Of a stretch of DNA of 47,110 bases, positions 27,838 through 37,584 are shown piece by piece; position 1 is the first letter of the stretch; the number at the start of each line of letters is the position of its first letter. Where the stretch lies: positions 1 through 47,110 of the forward strand of contig VGSE01000002.1 of the NCBI GenBank assembly GCA_016875135.1, in the 5' to 3' direction. The notes under the pieces were generated by a model. The model was not told the DNA's origin and ran no database searches. It saw nothing but the letters and a program-made list of their open reading frames with translations. The DNA is from Deltaproteobacteria bacterium. GTDB taxonomy: Bacteria > Bdellovibrionota > FAC87 > UBA2466. Both the position numbers and the translations under genes were made by a program.

Positions 27838-28221
27838 CTACTCTTCCCCTCTAACCTTGAAAGCACCTTCATTTTCCATTAAATGAAGAAGTCGGTTGAC
27901 CCCTTCACCATGAGTATCCTTCATAAAACGAAGTTCAGGAACACTTCGTAGTTTTAGCTCCTGACCTAATATTCGTTTCAGGTATGGGCCGGCTTTTTTA
28001 AACCCTTGAAGAACCTCTTTTTCATTCCAGGATTGCTCGACTTGAGTCTTGGTGAAATAGATCTTTGCAACTTTTAAATCAGCCGACATGACGACTTCGG
28101 TAACGACAACATTTTGCAATCTGGGATCAGAAACAGATCTCAATAACAATTGGGCCAACGTTTCCTGAATAAGGCCACCCATCTGCTTAGTTCTTCTTGT
28201 ACTCATTGCGCGTAAACCCAA
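27838..28221 (-). CDS. rbfA: Ribosome-binding factor A
   Basis: Operon position, plus DPRL..v.vTeV..s.Dl..AkvY and P.L.F..D patterns. The true start is probably the internal MSTRR. Confidence 0.85.
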   Translation of the reverse strand: MGLRAMSTRRTKQMGGLIQETLAQLLLRSVSDPRLQNVVVTEVVMSADLKVAKIYFTKTQVEQSWNEKEVLQGFKKAGPYLKRILGQELKLRSVPELRFMKDTHGEGVNRLLHLMENEGAFKVRGEE

Positions 28222-28233
28222 CCTGAACTGCTT

Positions 28234-30921
28234 TTACAGAGTCCCTTTGATCTCTTCTTTAAGAAACGCTTCGAATTGATCCCCCAATTTGAGGTCATTA
28301 AAATTCTCAAGGCCGATACCGCACTCGTAACCCGTCGCTACTTCTTTAACATCCTCTTTGAATCGCTTTAAGCTAGAGAGTTTACCCTCGTAAACCACAC
28401 GATTGTCTCTCAAGAGTCTTAGATAACACCCACGGACAACTTTTCCGTCGATAACCGCACTTCCTGCAATCGCCCCAACTTTGGGAATGTTGAAAACACT
28501 GCGGACTTCGGCTCTTCCAATGACTCTCTCTTTAATTTCAATTGAGAGCAGACCTTCAGCAAGTTTTTTAATATCTTCTAGAAGGTCGTAAATGATACTG
28601 TAAGTCTTAATCTGGATTCTCTCTTGTTCGGCAACTCTTTGGGCTTTGACATCGGGCCTAACATTAAACCCTAAAATCACAGCCTGACTTGCAGCGGCCA
28701 ACATTACATCCGATTCAGTAACTCCCCCGGTTCCAGTGTGCAGAACTTTGAGTTTTACCTTTTCCGATGTGAATTTATTAAGAGCTTCCTTCAAGGCTTC
28801 GGTTGATCCAGCCACGTCGGCTTTCAAAATAATTTTAAGTTCTTTATCGGGTCCACTTCCCGCATTCATCATCTCTTCTAAGCTCATCTTTGGCTTGTTA
28901 TCCAAAGCTAACTGTTTAGCTTTGACCGCGCGGGCATCAACAAGTTCCTTAGCCGATTTTTCATCGGCCATAACGAAAAACTCATCTCCGACTGCAGGCA
29001 CGGCCGGAAGCCCCAATATTTCAACCGGGTCACTAGGAAGCGCCTCGGTGATGCGAGAGCCATCGGAACTGGTCATAGCCCGAATCTTTCCGTAAGAAGT
29101 TCCTGAGACAAGCAAGCTTCCAACAGTTAATTTTCCGTGCTGTACTAAAACTGAAGCAATCGGACCTCGATTTTTATCTAGCCGAGATTCAATCACCACA
29201 CCCCTAGCAAGTGTGTCGAAATTGGCTTTAAGCTCCATGATTTCGGCTTGAAGCAAGATACTTTCTAGTAGGGAATCTAACCCTTTTCCAGTTTTGGCCG
29301 AAACAGGCACATAAATGGTATTACCGCCCCACTCTTCTGGCGACAGCTCATGTCCAGCCAGAGTTTGCTTAATGCGATCAGGATTTCCATCGGGGAGATC
29401 TATCTTGTTGACCGCCACAATAATCGGCACACCGGCAGCTTTAGCATGATTGATCGACTCTAAAGTTTGGGGCATTACCCCATCCACCGCAGAAACCACT
29501 AGGATCACAATATCCGTCACTTTAGCGCCTCGAGCTCTCATGGCTGTAAAAGCTTCATGGCCCGGGGTATCTACAAAAGTGATTTTTCCTTTGGGTAACG
29601 TAACGGTATAAGCACCTACATGTTGCGTAATTCCACCGGCTTCTCCTGCTGCCACTTTGGTTTTTCTAACCGCATCTAAGAGAGAGGTTTTTCCATGATC
29701 AACGTGGCCCATGATAGTAACGACCGGTCCCCGCGGCTGCATGACCCCTTCTTCTTTTACCACTTGAGGAATGTACGCCTCCTCTTTGAAGATCTTTTGC
29801 TTCACTTCGTAACCAAGCTCTTGAGCTAACAACATGGCGGTGTCATGGTCGATCGACTCATTGATAGAAACCGTCACACCCATGCCCATGAGTTTACCGA
29901 TAATGAAGGCGGCCTTTTGGCTAACTTGCTTGGCAAACTCGGCCACAGCGATTTTGTCACCCATTTCAACAACCCTTTTATGGTCACTTGGAGTAGTGAT
30001 CTGAGTTTTTAGAGCGGGGCGATTGGTCGCTACTTTCTTTTTCTTAGTTGAATGAACTAACTCGCGCTTTAAAAAATCGGCGCTTTTAAAAACGGTGCTT
30101 TGACGCTCAAGAAGCCTGCGTTTTCCCTGTTCTTTAGCCGCTTCTTGAGTCGAGGTCGCAAAGTCGACTTCTTTGACTCTCTTGGAGAGAATACCTGTAG
30201 CCGGTGCCGTCGAAGCCACTTGTGGCTTGGCAGCCGGAGTCGTTTTAGCGGTCGAAGAGGTTCTAACATCCCGTTTCAGCTTCTCAACTTTGGGTCCGAC
30301 CTTTTCGCCTAAATACTCCTCAGTAGCCACTTTCTTAATAATAGAAGGAAAGAATCGGCGAACCTTCGGAGTCACCATCTCTTCTACAGGTTTTGCTACT
30401 GTAGTCGACTTGACTTCCGTTTTTGGAGATTCTGCAGAAGCAGGTGTTTCCTTAAAAACTTCTGTCATTTCAGGTTGAGCTACGACTTCACTGCTTAGTG
30501 CCTCAGCAGAGCTCTCAAGAACTACATTCTCCTTAGGAACTGCTCCGCTTTGAGTTCGGGTGACACTTTCTTCGACAGATAGCCTCTCTTCTGCGTCATT
30601 TACTTCGACCGTATTAGCTCCAGCGGGAGCCGCTTCGGGCTCCGTTGCCATTGCGTTCGTCTTAGCCGATCTTCTGCGAATCACCGTTGTTCCAACTCTT
30701 TTTTCTGTCACTTTTGATTTTTCGCTTGAGCTGGGGGACGTAGTTTTCGCTAAGGCTTTGTTCTTTCGATGATGTTCTTTAATAATACGAATTTCTTCGG
30801 TTCCAAGAACACTCATAGTGTTTTTGACTTCTACGCCAAGACGTTGAGCCAAATCCACTAGATGCAACGCATCCATACTCAGATCTTTTGCAAGCTCGTA
30901 TACTTTTATTTTAGTAGTCAT
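28234..30921 (-). CDS. infB: Translation initiation factor IF-2
   Basis: 895 aa. GTPase motifs [17 protein letters not shown] and NKID; operon position. Confidence 0.95.
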   Translation of the reverse strand: MTTKIKVYELAKDLSMDALHLVDLAQRLGVEVKNTMSVLGTEEIRIIKEHHRKNKALAKTTSPSSSEKSKVTEKRVGTTVIRRRSAKTNAMATEPEAAPAGANTVEVNDAEERLSVEESVTRTQSGAVPKENVVLESSAEALSSEVVAQPEMTEVFKETPASAESPKTEVKSTTVAKPVEEMVTPKVRRFFPSIIKKVATEEYLGEKVGPKVEKLKRDVRTSSTAKTTPAAKPQVASTAPATGILSKRVKEVDFATSTQEAAKEQGKRRLLERQSTVFKSADFLKRELVHSTKKKKVATNRPALKTQITTPSDHKRVVEMGDKIAVAEFAKQVSQKAAFIIGKLMGMGVTVSINESIDHDTAMLLAQELGYEVKQKIFKEEAYIPQVVKEEGVMQPRGPVVTIMGHVDHGKTSLLDAVRKTKVAAGEAGGITQHVGAYTVTLPKGKITFVDTPGHEAFTAMRARGAKVTDIVILVVSAVDGVMPQTLESINHAKAAGVPIIVAVNKIDLPDGNPDRIKQTLAGHELSPEEWGGNTIYVPVSAKTGKGLDSLLESILLQAEIMELKANFDTLARGVVIESRLDKNRGPIASVLVQHGKLTVGSLLVSGTSYGKIRAMTSSDGSRITEALPSDPVEILGLPAVPAVGDEFFVMADEKSAKELVDARAVKAKQLALDNKPKMSLEEMMNAGSGPDKELKIILKADVAGSTEALKEALNKFTSEKVKLKVLHTGTGGVTESDVMLAAASQAVILGFNVRPDVKAQRVAEQERIQIKTYSIIYDLLEDIKKLAEGLLSIEIKERVIGRAEVRSVFNIPKVGAIAGSAVIDGKVVRGCYLRLLRDNRVVYEGKLSSLKRFKEDVKEVATGYECGIGLENFNDLKLGDQFEAFLKEEIKGTL

Positions 30922-30935
30922 TCGTCCTTCGATTT

Positions 30936-32351
30936 TTACGATTCGCTAGAATCCTCTTTAGAAGCTTCACTTAAAGTTTCTGCTTCGTTTTTTTCTTTTT
31001 CTTGAAGAGCTCTCATCTCAGCTTTTAACTGTTCATCCGCGGCACTTCGAGATTTCTTAACACCGACATTTTGAGCTTTTTGAGCTTCTAACTGTTTAGC
31101 TTTAACCTCAGCATGTTTTCCGGAGGCCAGAAGCTCTTTAGCTTTTTCTTGAATATCTTTAGCCTTATCTTCGTTAAAACCCGGAACAGTGGCTATCACA
31201 GCAGCGTCGGAGTTAGCTATTTGTTCCATAGTAAATCCGTACTGATACAGACTCTGAGCTAAAGTATCATTGACCCCTTCAATTAATTTGAGAAGCTCTT
31301 TAGCGTCATCTTGTCGCTGAGCCATTTTGCTCTCAGAAACAATATCAAGTTTCCAACCAGTCAAAATGGAAGCAAGCTTCACGTTTTGCCCGCGCTTACC
31401 AATCGCAAGAGACAACTGATTGTCCGCGACGACAATATCCATGGAGTGATTATCTTCATCCACGCGCACCTTGATCACTTCAGCAGGAGCCAGAGCATTA
31501 CATACAAACCTAGTTTCGTCTTCCTCCCAAGGAACGATGTCGATTTTCTCTCCTCTTAACTCTTGAACCACATTCTGAACTCGAGCCCCTTTTACCCCAA
31601 CACAAGCCCCTACTGGATCCACATCGGAATCAGTAGAAGTTACGGCAATTTTAGCTCTCATCCCGGGCTCACGAGCTGCACTTTTTATTTGGACAATACC
31701 TTCGTTAACTTCTGGCACTTCCTGTTTAAAAAGCTGAATTAACAACTCAGGACACGTTCTTGAGAGAACAATCTTAGGGCCCCTAGGAGTCTGTTGAACA
31801 TCGATCAAATATCCCACCACTCGATCATGAATTTTAAATGTCTCACCAGGAATCTGTTCGCGAGTAGGTAAAATCGCATCGGTGCGGCCTAAATTAACAA
31901 CCACACACCCTTTTTCAATTCTTCGGCACTCTCCGTGAACAACTTCCCCTTTTCGGATATTAAATTCGTTGTAAATGATATCTCTTTCCGCATCTCTAAC
32001 TTTTTGAATAATGACCTGTTTAGCTGTCTGAGCCGCTATTCGTCCGAATTGATTGGTATCGAGTTTAACCCCGATACTATCACCCACGGAAACATCGGGA
32101 TCTAATTCTTTGGCTTCTTCAAATGTGATTTCATTTGCATCATCATCCATTTCTTCGACGACCGTTTTGAATTGGAACAACTCAATTTCACCAAGGTCTT
32201 CATTAAAATGGGCTTCGATTTCTTTGTCGATGCCATATTTTTTCTTAGCAGCCATCACCAGCGCAGACTCTAAGGCTTCGATAAGAATTGCTTTATCAAT
32301 ACTCTTATCTTTTTCCACTTGTTCAATTACTCTACCTAACTCTGAAGCCAT
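30936..32351 (-). CDS. nusA: Transcription termination/antitermination factor NusA
   Basis: 471 aa with S1 and KH1/KH2 domains (GACVGVKGARVQ, AIGKRGQNVKLA), then a C-terminal helical K/E-rich tail. Confidence 0.95.
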   Translation of the reverse strand: MASELGRVIEQVEKDKSIDKAILIEALESALVMAAKKKYGIDKEIEAHFNEDLGEIELFQFKTVVEEMDDDANEITFEEAKELDPDVSVGDSIGVKLDTNQFGRIAAQTAKQVIIQKVRDAERDIIYNEFNIRKGEVVHGECRRIEKGCVVVNLGRTDAILPTREQIPGETFKIHDRVVGYLIDVQQTPRGPKIVLSRTCPELLIQLFKQEVPEVNEGIVQIKSAAREPGMRAKIAVTSTDSDVDPVGACVGVKGARVQNVVQELRGEKIDIVPWEEDETRFVCNALAPAEVIKVRVDEDNHSMDIVVADNQLSLAIGKRGQNVKLASILTGWKLDIVSESKMAQRQDDAKELLKLIEGVNDTLAQSLYQYGFTMEQIANSDAAVIATVPGFNEDKAKDIQEKAKELLASGKHAEVKAKQLEAQKAQNVGVKKSRSAADEQLKAEMRALQEKEKNEAETLSEASKEDSSES

Positions 32352-32363
32352 AACCTCTTCCTT

Positions 32364-32873
32364 TTATTTTGTTCCTTTTGATTCAAAGTTCCAAATACGA
32401 TTAGCCCGTTTGATGTTATCAAAAGAAATTTCAAATTCTTTTCTATTTTTTATCCCCTGAGCCATGCTCAGACGACCTTGCTCCACTTTAACCAACTGTC
32501 CTCGAACATTGGCCCCAATCCCGGGTATACTTTCATAGAGGTTAACTGATATCTCCCGTCCGACCTCTTTTTCAAAATCGGATAAAACTCTCAACCTCCG
32601 ATCGAGCCCAGGCGAGGAAACCTCCAAATTGTAAGCCCCTTGAGTTAAGTTTGCAGCCTCAATCAAGGGATCAAGGGTTCGACTTAACTCAGCCACTTCT
32701 TCTAGAGTTGGCCCTTTCTCGGTGTTTAGCTTATCTATAAAGATTCGAACCACTGAACTTGAGGCCACCCGAGCATCCACATCCAACACTCGATAATCGG
32801 TATCGTTTAAAGCCTGATCACAAAGCTGAAGAAGCTTTAATTCAACTTCAGATTTTTTGATAGATTCGGCCAC
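32364..32873 (-). CDS. rimP: Ribosome maturation factor RimP
   Basis: 169 aa. LEVSSPGLDRRL motif, GTG start, first gene of the nusA operon. Confidence 0.85.
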   Translation of the reverse strand: MAESIKKSEVELKLLQLCDQALNDTDYRVLDVDARVASSSVVRIFIDKLNTEKGPTLEEVAELSRTLDPLIEAANLTQGAYNLEVSSPGLDRRLRVLSDFEKEVGREISVNLYESIPGIGANVRGQLVKVEQGRLSMAQGIKNRKEFEISFDNIKRANRIWNFESKGTK

Positions 32874-32900
32874 AGTTTAACCCTCTACCTCTTCATAAAG

Positions 32901-32925
32901 AAAAAGCGGGCTCAAGCCCGCTTTT
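32901..32925 (-). terminator. Intrinsic terminator between the PBP1A gene and rimP
   Basis: aaaaagcgggc-tcaa-gcccgctttt. On the minus strand the stem is followed by TTTTTCTTT. It lies only about 28 nt upstream of the rimP GTG. Confidence 0.7.
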
Positions 32926-33048
32926 CGCTAAATACACCCAGAAAGATGACATGTTTTATCAGCTATTCGACTTTAAAACAAGAGAGGAGAATTCTTTTTT
33001 TAAAATCTCAAGACACTGTGAGAAATAAAACCCATCTATCTGTCATTA

Positions 33049-35811
33049 TTACTGAAATTCTTGTCTCATAAAATCGGAGGTTTCCGATTCTTCGGAATTG
33101 GACGGGTTAGGTTCGGCTGGCGCAACCGACTCAGTAGTGCCTCCTAGGACCCGATTTTCTCCTGAAGTCCCGGCTTTAACCCCAGGTTCACCTACTCTAG
33201 ACACGTTATCTCCGGTGAGGTTGGGTACGGTCCCTATCTTAAAAGCAACTCGAACCCGACTGGGTGTTCCGGGTCTAGCTAATTTTCCAGTATTTCGATC
33301 GATATAGGCAAAAACGACATCCTCAGGAATGGTGAAATCAATATTGGGAACCTGCTCGGTTGCAACTTTCATGTAATCAGCCCAAATAGGTGCCGCCGCT
33401 TTTCCCCCGGTCTCACCGACATCTAATGGTTTGTCTTTGAGATATCCCACCCAGACACCGGTCATCAGAGTCGGCGTGTATCCCACAAACCAAGCATCTC
33501 GATGATCATTGGAGGTCCCCGTTTTTCCGGCAATTTGACGAGCAATCACTCCTGCTGCGTGTCCCGTTCCTTGAGGATCCCTAATAACTCCTTTAAGAAC
33601 ATCGGTCATAACGTACGCTGTTTGCGCAGAGATCACATGCCCGGGAGGTAACTCATTTGCAGGTTTGGCGACAGTAATAGCTCCGGTTTCCGACTGCGGA
33701 GATGTTTTTTCAACCTGCTCCGTACCTTTTGGAACACCACCTAGGTCTTTTTCAAGAGAATCATTCAAATCCGAGAAGGCCTCAATAACCCTTCCCTCGG
33801 AATCTTCAACACGTTTAATATACTTAAGTGCCACGGGTTTCCCAAGCCTTGGAAATATAGAATAGGCTCGCATGAGCTCTTCAAGACTACTCGACCATGA
33901 GCCGAGCCCAATCGTTAAGTCTCTTGGTAGCTGCGATGTGATCCCTAAAGTTCTTGCATACTGAATGGCATAATCAACACCAATTTCATTTAACAACTTT
34001 ACAGTAGGGATATTCATCGAGCGAATAATCGCGGTTCGAAGCGGAATATCCCCCTCAAATTTATTTCCATAGTTATGGGGCTTCCACTCCTCCTCTGCGG
34101 CCGCTCCGACGGTTTGAGTCTCGCTCTTTCCTTCAGTTACAAACACGATCGGAGAATCGGTAACCAAAGAAGCAGGAGAAAATCCCTTATCAAAGGCTGC
34201 AGCGTAGAGAAGAGGCTTGAAGGTAGAACCTACTTGCCGTTTGGCTTGAAGGGCACAATTAAATTTGCTCTTATTAAAATCGGTACCGCCCACCATAGCT
34301 CTCACAAACCCATTCTGCACTTCATAGGACAATATGGCCCCTTGAACTTCTGGCTCTTGTTCTAAAGTGACCGATGCATATTCGGCCTTTTTGTCTATTT
34401 TATCGACTTTGACCCAAATGACGTCTCCTTGTTTTAAAAACTGAGATAACGTCTTAACAGGTTGATTATTAATTTTGACCCAAGAAACTGCTGAAACCGG
34501 CAAAACTAGTGACGTTTGTCCCACCCGAATAAAAGCAGAGTTTTTATCATCCCTGACCTCGGATATCAGCCCCTTATATAATTTGCCTTCAGAAACGGGT
34601 GTCGCGCCAAAAAAATGGCTCGATTTTTCATAGTACGGCGTCAAATCGTACTCCAAGCCGCGAGTTCCGTTTGCGGCATCCGAATATAAAAGACGCGGAG
34701 GATTAAGGTCTTCCACAACTTCTTTATGAGTCGCTCGAATAAAAGCTTCTTGAAGTGTCGGCTCGTCTAAATGTTCAGGTACTCCCCGCCAGCCCAGCCG
34801 TTTATCAACTTCACGAACTCCACGATCCACCGACTTTTCAGCCGCTTTCTGAAAATCATACTTTACGGTCGTGTAAACCTTGTATCCCTGACTCAAAACA
34901 TGCTCTGAGCCATACTTAGACATGAGATACTGCCGGACATATTCCGTAAAGTACGGAGCGGCCGTCGTATTGAGATCCTCTAAATTTTTAAGACGAAGCA
35001 GCTCATTGTAAGCGTCTCGGCTCTGGCTAGCAGAAATAAACTTCTCATCCACCATTCTCTTTAAAACATAACCTTGCCGCCTCTTGGCCAAATGGGGGTT
35101 TCGAATCGGATTCCATTCATTAGGACGCTGAGGCAACCCTGCGAGTAACGAAGCCTCCCCAAGAGTCAGTTGCTCCACTTTTTTTCCAAAATAGTTCCTA
35201 GCAGCCGAAGCGACTCCGTAGGAACCATGACCTAAGAAAATCTCATTTAAATATAAATTGAGAATTTCTTTTTTGGACAAAGTTTTTTCCATTCGCCAAG
35301 CCAATACAATTTCTCTAACTTTCCGCGAGATCTCTTTCTTTTTAGTGCTGAGTAGAAGAGCTCGAGCCACTTGCTGAGTAATGGTGCTACCACCTTGAGC
35401 AAATCTTCCTCGAACGACGTTAGAGAAAATCGCGCGACCGATCCCGTTAAAATCGATGCCGTTATGCTCAAAAAACTTGGCATCCTCGGCGGCAAGAAAG
35501 GCTTGAATGACATAATTAGGAAGAGAATTATAATTAAAGGGGTAGCGCCTCTCAGTCGTGAACTCCCCTATTTTTCTCCCCTCATCGGAAAACACTTCAG
35601 TCGCTTTGATGTGTTGGAAATCCTTAAGCTTGGTGACATCCGGTAAGGTACTGGTCAAATAGTAAAGGGTCCCACCCAAAATAACCACTCCCAAACTAAA
35701 GAGACCCAACAACGAGATTGACGTAGCGCGAACCAGACGCTGAAATTTACTTTTAAAATTTAAAACTTTTTCTTTCATAAAAGACCAAAGTTCAATCATA
35801 CCAGAATTCAA
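33049..35811 (-). CDS. Penicillin-binding protein 1A (bifunctional glycosyltransferase/transpeptidase)
   Basis: GT51 motifs (AAEDAKFFEHNGID, RGGSTITQQ). Transpeptidase motifs STFK, SMN and KTGT. 920 aa with a TM anchor. Confidence 0.9.
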   Translation of the reverse strand: MNSGMIELWSFMKEKVLNFKSKFQRLVRATSISLLGLFSLGVVILGGTLYYLTSTLPDVTKLKDFQHIKATEVFSDEGRKIGEFTTERRYPFNYNSLPNYVIQAFLAAEDAKFFEHNGIDFNGIGRAIFSNVVRGRFAQGGSTITQQVARALLLSTKKKEISRKVREIVLAWRMEKTLSKKEILNLYLNEIFLGHGSYGVASAARNYFGKKVEQLTLGEASLLAGLPQRPNEWNPIRNPHLAKRRQGYVLKRMVDEKFISASQSRDAYNELLRLKNLEDLNTTAAPYFTEYVRQYLMSKYGSEHVLSQGYKVYTTVKYDFQKAAEKSVDRGVREVDKRLGWRGVPEHLDEPTLQEAFIRATHKEVVEDLNPPRLLYSDAANGTRGLEYDLTPYYEKSSHFFGATPVSEGKLYKGLISEVRDDKNSAFIRVGQTSLVLPVSAVSWVKINNQPVKTLSQFLKQGDVIWVKVDKIDKKAEYASVTLEQEPEVQGAILSYEVQNGFVRAMVGGTDFNKSKFNCALQAKRQVGSTFKPLLYAAAFDKGFSPASLVTDSPIVFVTEGKSETQTVGAAAEEEWKPHNYGNKFEGDIPLRTAIIRSMNIPTVKLLNEIGVDYAIQYARTLGITSQLPRDLTIGLGSWSSSLEELMRAYSIFPRLGKPVALKYIKRVEDSEGRVIEAFSDLNDSLEKDLGGVPKGTEQVEKTSPQSETGAITVAKPANELPPGHVISAQTAYVMTDVLKGVIRDPQGTGHAAGVIARQIAGKTGTSNDHRDAWFVGYTPTLMTGVWVGYLKDKPLDVGETGGKAAAPIWADYMKVATEQVPNIDFTIPEDVVFAYIDRNTGKLARPGTPSRVRVAFKIGTVPNLTGDNVSRVGEPGVKAGTSGENRVLGGTTESVAPAEPNPSNSEESETSDFMRQEFQ

Positions 35812-35853
35812 TCACAAACCTTAAGTTGATGTTAAGGATATTTTTACTGGGGT

Positions 35854-35881
35854 ATTGACGCTCTCGTGATAGGGTTTATCA
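35854..35881 (+). promoter_or_regulatory. Candidate sigma-70 promoter (TTGACG-16 nt-TATCAT) for the 60-aa ORF
   Basis: Read directly. The -10 element ends about 10 nt before the ATG at 35892, implying a very short or absent leader with no SD sequence. Confidence 0.3.
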
Positions 35882-35891
35882 TAATCCCATT

Positions 35892-36074
35892 ATGACTAAA
35901 CAACCGACTGCATCAGAAAAACCGACTCAACTCAACGTAACAATCAAAGAACACATTGTACAAGACTTAAAGCTCATGGAACAGAACACCAATATTTCAG
36001 TGGACGAATTGGTAACCAAGGCCCTTATGTTTTTCATCGCAACTCACAACGATTATTTAGGGCGAAATAAATAG
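35892..36074 (+). CDS. Small hypothetical protein, ribbon-helix-helix-like (tentative)
   Basis: 60-aa track ORF. LNVTIKEHIVQDLKLMEQNTNISVDELVTKAL fits a beta-strand/helix/helix RHH pattern. No partner gene is adjacent. Confidence 0.35.
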   Translation: MTKQPTASEKPTQLNVTIKEHIVQDLKLMEQNTNISVDELVTKALMFFIATHNDYLGRNK

Positions 36075-36167
36075 CTATAACGCGACTACTCTTTTTCCAA
36101 ATAAGGACGGATCACATCAACAACGCCTAGAGCAGCATGCCGCAACTTTTCCTTAAATAGGAAAGTT

Positions 36168-36280
36168 TCATAACGACTTATCAAATCTTATAACCTTGGT
36201 CCTCTATAAGTCTTTGCAATTTAAGAAAAAATATATCGAACCAGCCTCTTAAAAAGCCCATTCAAAGAGAGCAGCATGTT
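36168..36280 (+). repeat. Intergenic repeat family, copy C (central module)
   Basis: tcataac...atcttataaccttggtcctctataagtctttgcaatttaagaaaaaatatatcgaaccagcctcttaaaaagccc aligns to 44236-44355, with a ~16-nt gap relative to copy B. Confidence 0.75.
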
Positions 36281-36473
36281 ATCACAGCTTTTCTAAAATT
36301 CTCCTACTGCGAACCCTGATAGAATCGGTGTCAAAAATGAGTGCAGTTAGCACAACACATTTATCACACCCAAACCATTGAATTCATAAGTTTATATTCC
36401 AGCTATTCTCAGACTGTAAAAATCCAGTGCACCCACCCTAGGTATGCATTTGAAAACTTAGGGCTATTTTGAA

Positions 36474-36489
36474 TGGCACTTCAGTTGCT
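36474..36489 (+). promoter_or_regulatory. Sigma-54 (-24/-12) promoter, exact consensus TGGCAC-N5-TTGCT
   Basis: tggcac ttcag ttgct. GG at 36475-76 and GC at 36487-88 give the canonical 10-nt spacing. It lies in an ORF-free region. Confidence 0.6.
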
Positions 36490-36499
36490 TTAATCTAAG

Positions 36500-36660
36500 A
36501 GTGCGATGAGATAAATCGAAACACAAAGCGAACAAAGCCCAAGTGCTGGTTGTTGTTGAGAGATGAAGTGCTTAATAAGGTTTTAGTTAAGAGTTTCGAG
36601 CGGAAGTTTTAATTCGGTTTGCCTCGTCCCTACCCCCCAATGCTCTTGAAAAAGAGCTTA
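36500..36660 (+). ncRNA. Candidate sigma-54-dependent small RNA (3' end undefined)
   Basis: No credible ORF lies downstream of the promoter. Elements seen: pairing of tcgaaac (36516-22) with gtttcga (36593-99), a C-rich stretch cgtccctacccccc (36625-38), and a hairpin gctctt-gaaa-aagagc (36642-57). Confidence 0.25.
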
Positions 36661-36744
36661 GAAAGTAGCTCAGTGGGGTGAGCCTAAAACTCACTCTACT
36701 GGGCTATGATCTACCCCTTAATCAACTTAAGTTACAAAATCATT

Positions 36745-37584
36745 TTAAGCAATGTGGCCCCACTTTTCGGGCATGGCAACTTTGATCACTCTTTCTACTT
36801 CACTTGCCGTCTCCTCCAACGCTTTTCCGGTAATATCGAAAACTGGCCATCGGCGATTTTTTCGATAAATCTGCTTACAAAACTCTATCTCTTCAATCAC
36901 AAAATTGAGATTGGCATAATCCCCGCTCGGATGTTCTCCCATTCGCACTAAGCGTTCCCGACGAATTCGGACCAGGGTCTCCGGCTCGATGAGAAGCCCT
37001 ACAATTTTTCTCTGATCAGTTTGAAATAATTCTACGGGAGGTTCAATATCTTTAACTAAAGGAACATTAGCTACTTTCCAACCCTTGTAGGAGAGATAAA
37101 CACTCAGTGGCGTCTTTGAAGTCCGAGAGAGCCCCACCAAAATGATATCGGCCCTATCTAAACTGTCGGCATATTTTCCATCGTCGTGCTTAACTGTAAA
37201 TTCAATCGCTTCAATTCGTTTAAAATAATTTTCATTCACTTGATGAAAGAGCCCTGGTTGCGATTCAGGATTTCTTTTAAGGTGTTGAGATAATTTTTCT
37301 AGAAGGGGCCCAAGCAGATCGACAGCGGCCACTCCCGTTTGCTGACTTATCGAATCAATAAAGATTCTTAAATTATCCGATACAACTGTGTAGACAACTA
37401 TCGCATTAACCGAGTGTGCTTCTTCAAAAATACTTCGGACCTGTATTTCGGTTCGAATATTTTTAAACCTGACTATCTTAAGCCCCTCACGAACATATTG
37501 AAGAAGAGCCGCCTTGATCATTTGGTCAGCGGTTTCACCCGTTCCATCCGAAATCACATAAATTTTAAGTCCATTATCAATCAT
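36745..37584 (-). CDS. ppsR: Pyruvate,phosphate dikinase / PEP synthetase regulatory protein (DUF299 kinase/pyrophosphorylase)
   Basis: 279 aa. IYVISDGTGETA and GLSRTSKTPLSVYLSYKGWKVANVPLV motifs. Confidence 0.85.
   Translation of the reverse strand: MIDNGLKIYVISDGTGETADQMIKAALLQYVREGLKIVRFKNIRTEIQVRSIFEEAHSVNAIVVYTVVSDNLRIFIDSISQQTGVAAVDLLGPLLEKLSQHLKRNPESQPGLFHQVNENYFKRIEAIEFTVKHDDGKYADSLDRADIILVGLSRTSKTPLSVYLSYKGWKVANVPLVKDIEPPVELFQTDQRKIVGLLIEPETLVRIRRERLVRMGEHPSGDYANLNFVIEEIEFCKQIYRKNRRWPVFDITGKALEETASEVERVIKVAMPEKWGHIA

Noticed and set aside
36284-36470. Short similarity between 36369-36390 (aaaccattgaattcataagt) and 44431-44452 (aacccattgaatcgacaagt), suggesting a second OsmC-like remnant in the long gap.
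   Set aside because: Similarity is limited to about 20 nt. Translation of the flanks shows no OsmC-like residues, so it is most likely chance or a small extension of the repeat family.
36665-36676. gtagctcagtgg, a tRNA D-arm-like string in the long intergenic gap.
   Set aside because: No matching acceptor stem, anticodon arm or GGTTCGAATCC-type T-arm lies within 90 nt on either side, so it is not a tRNA.
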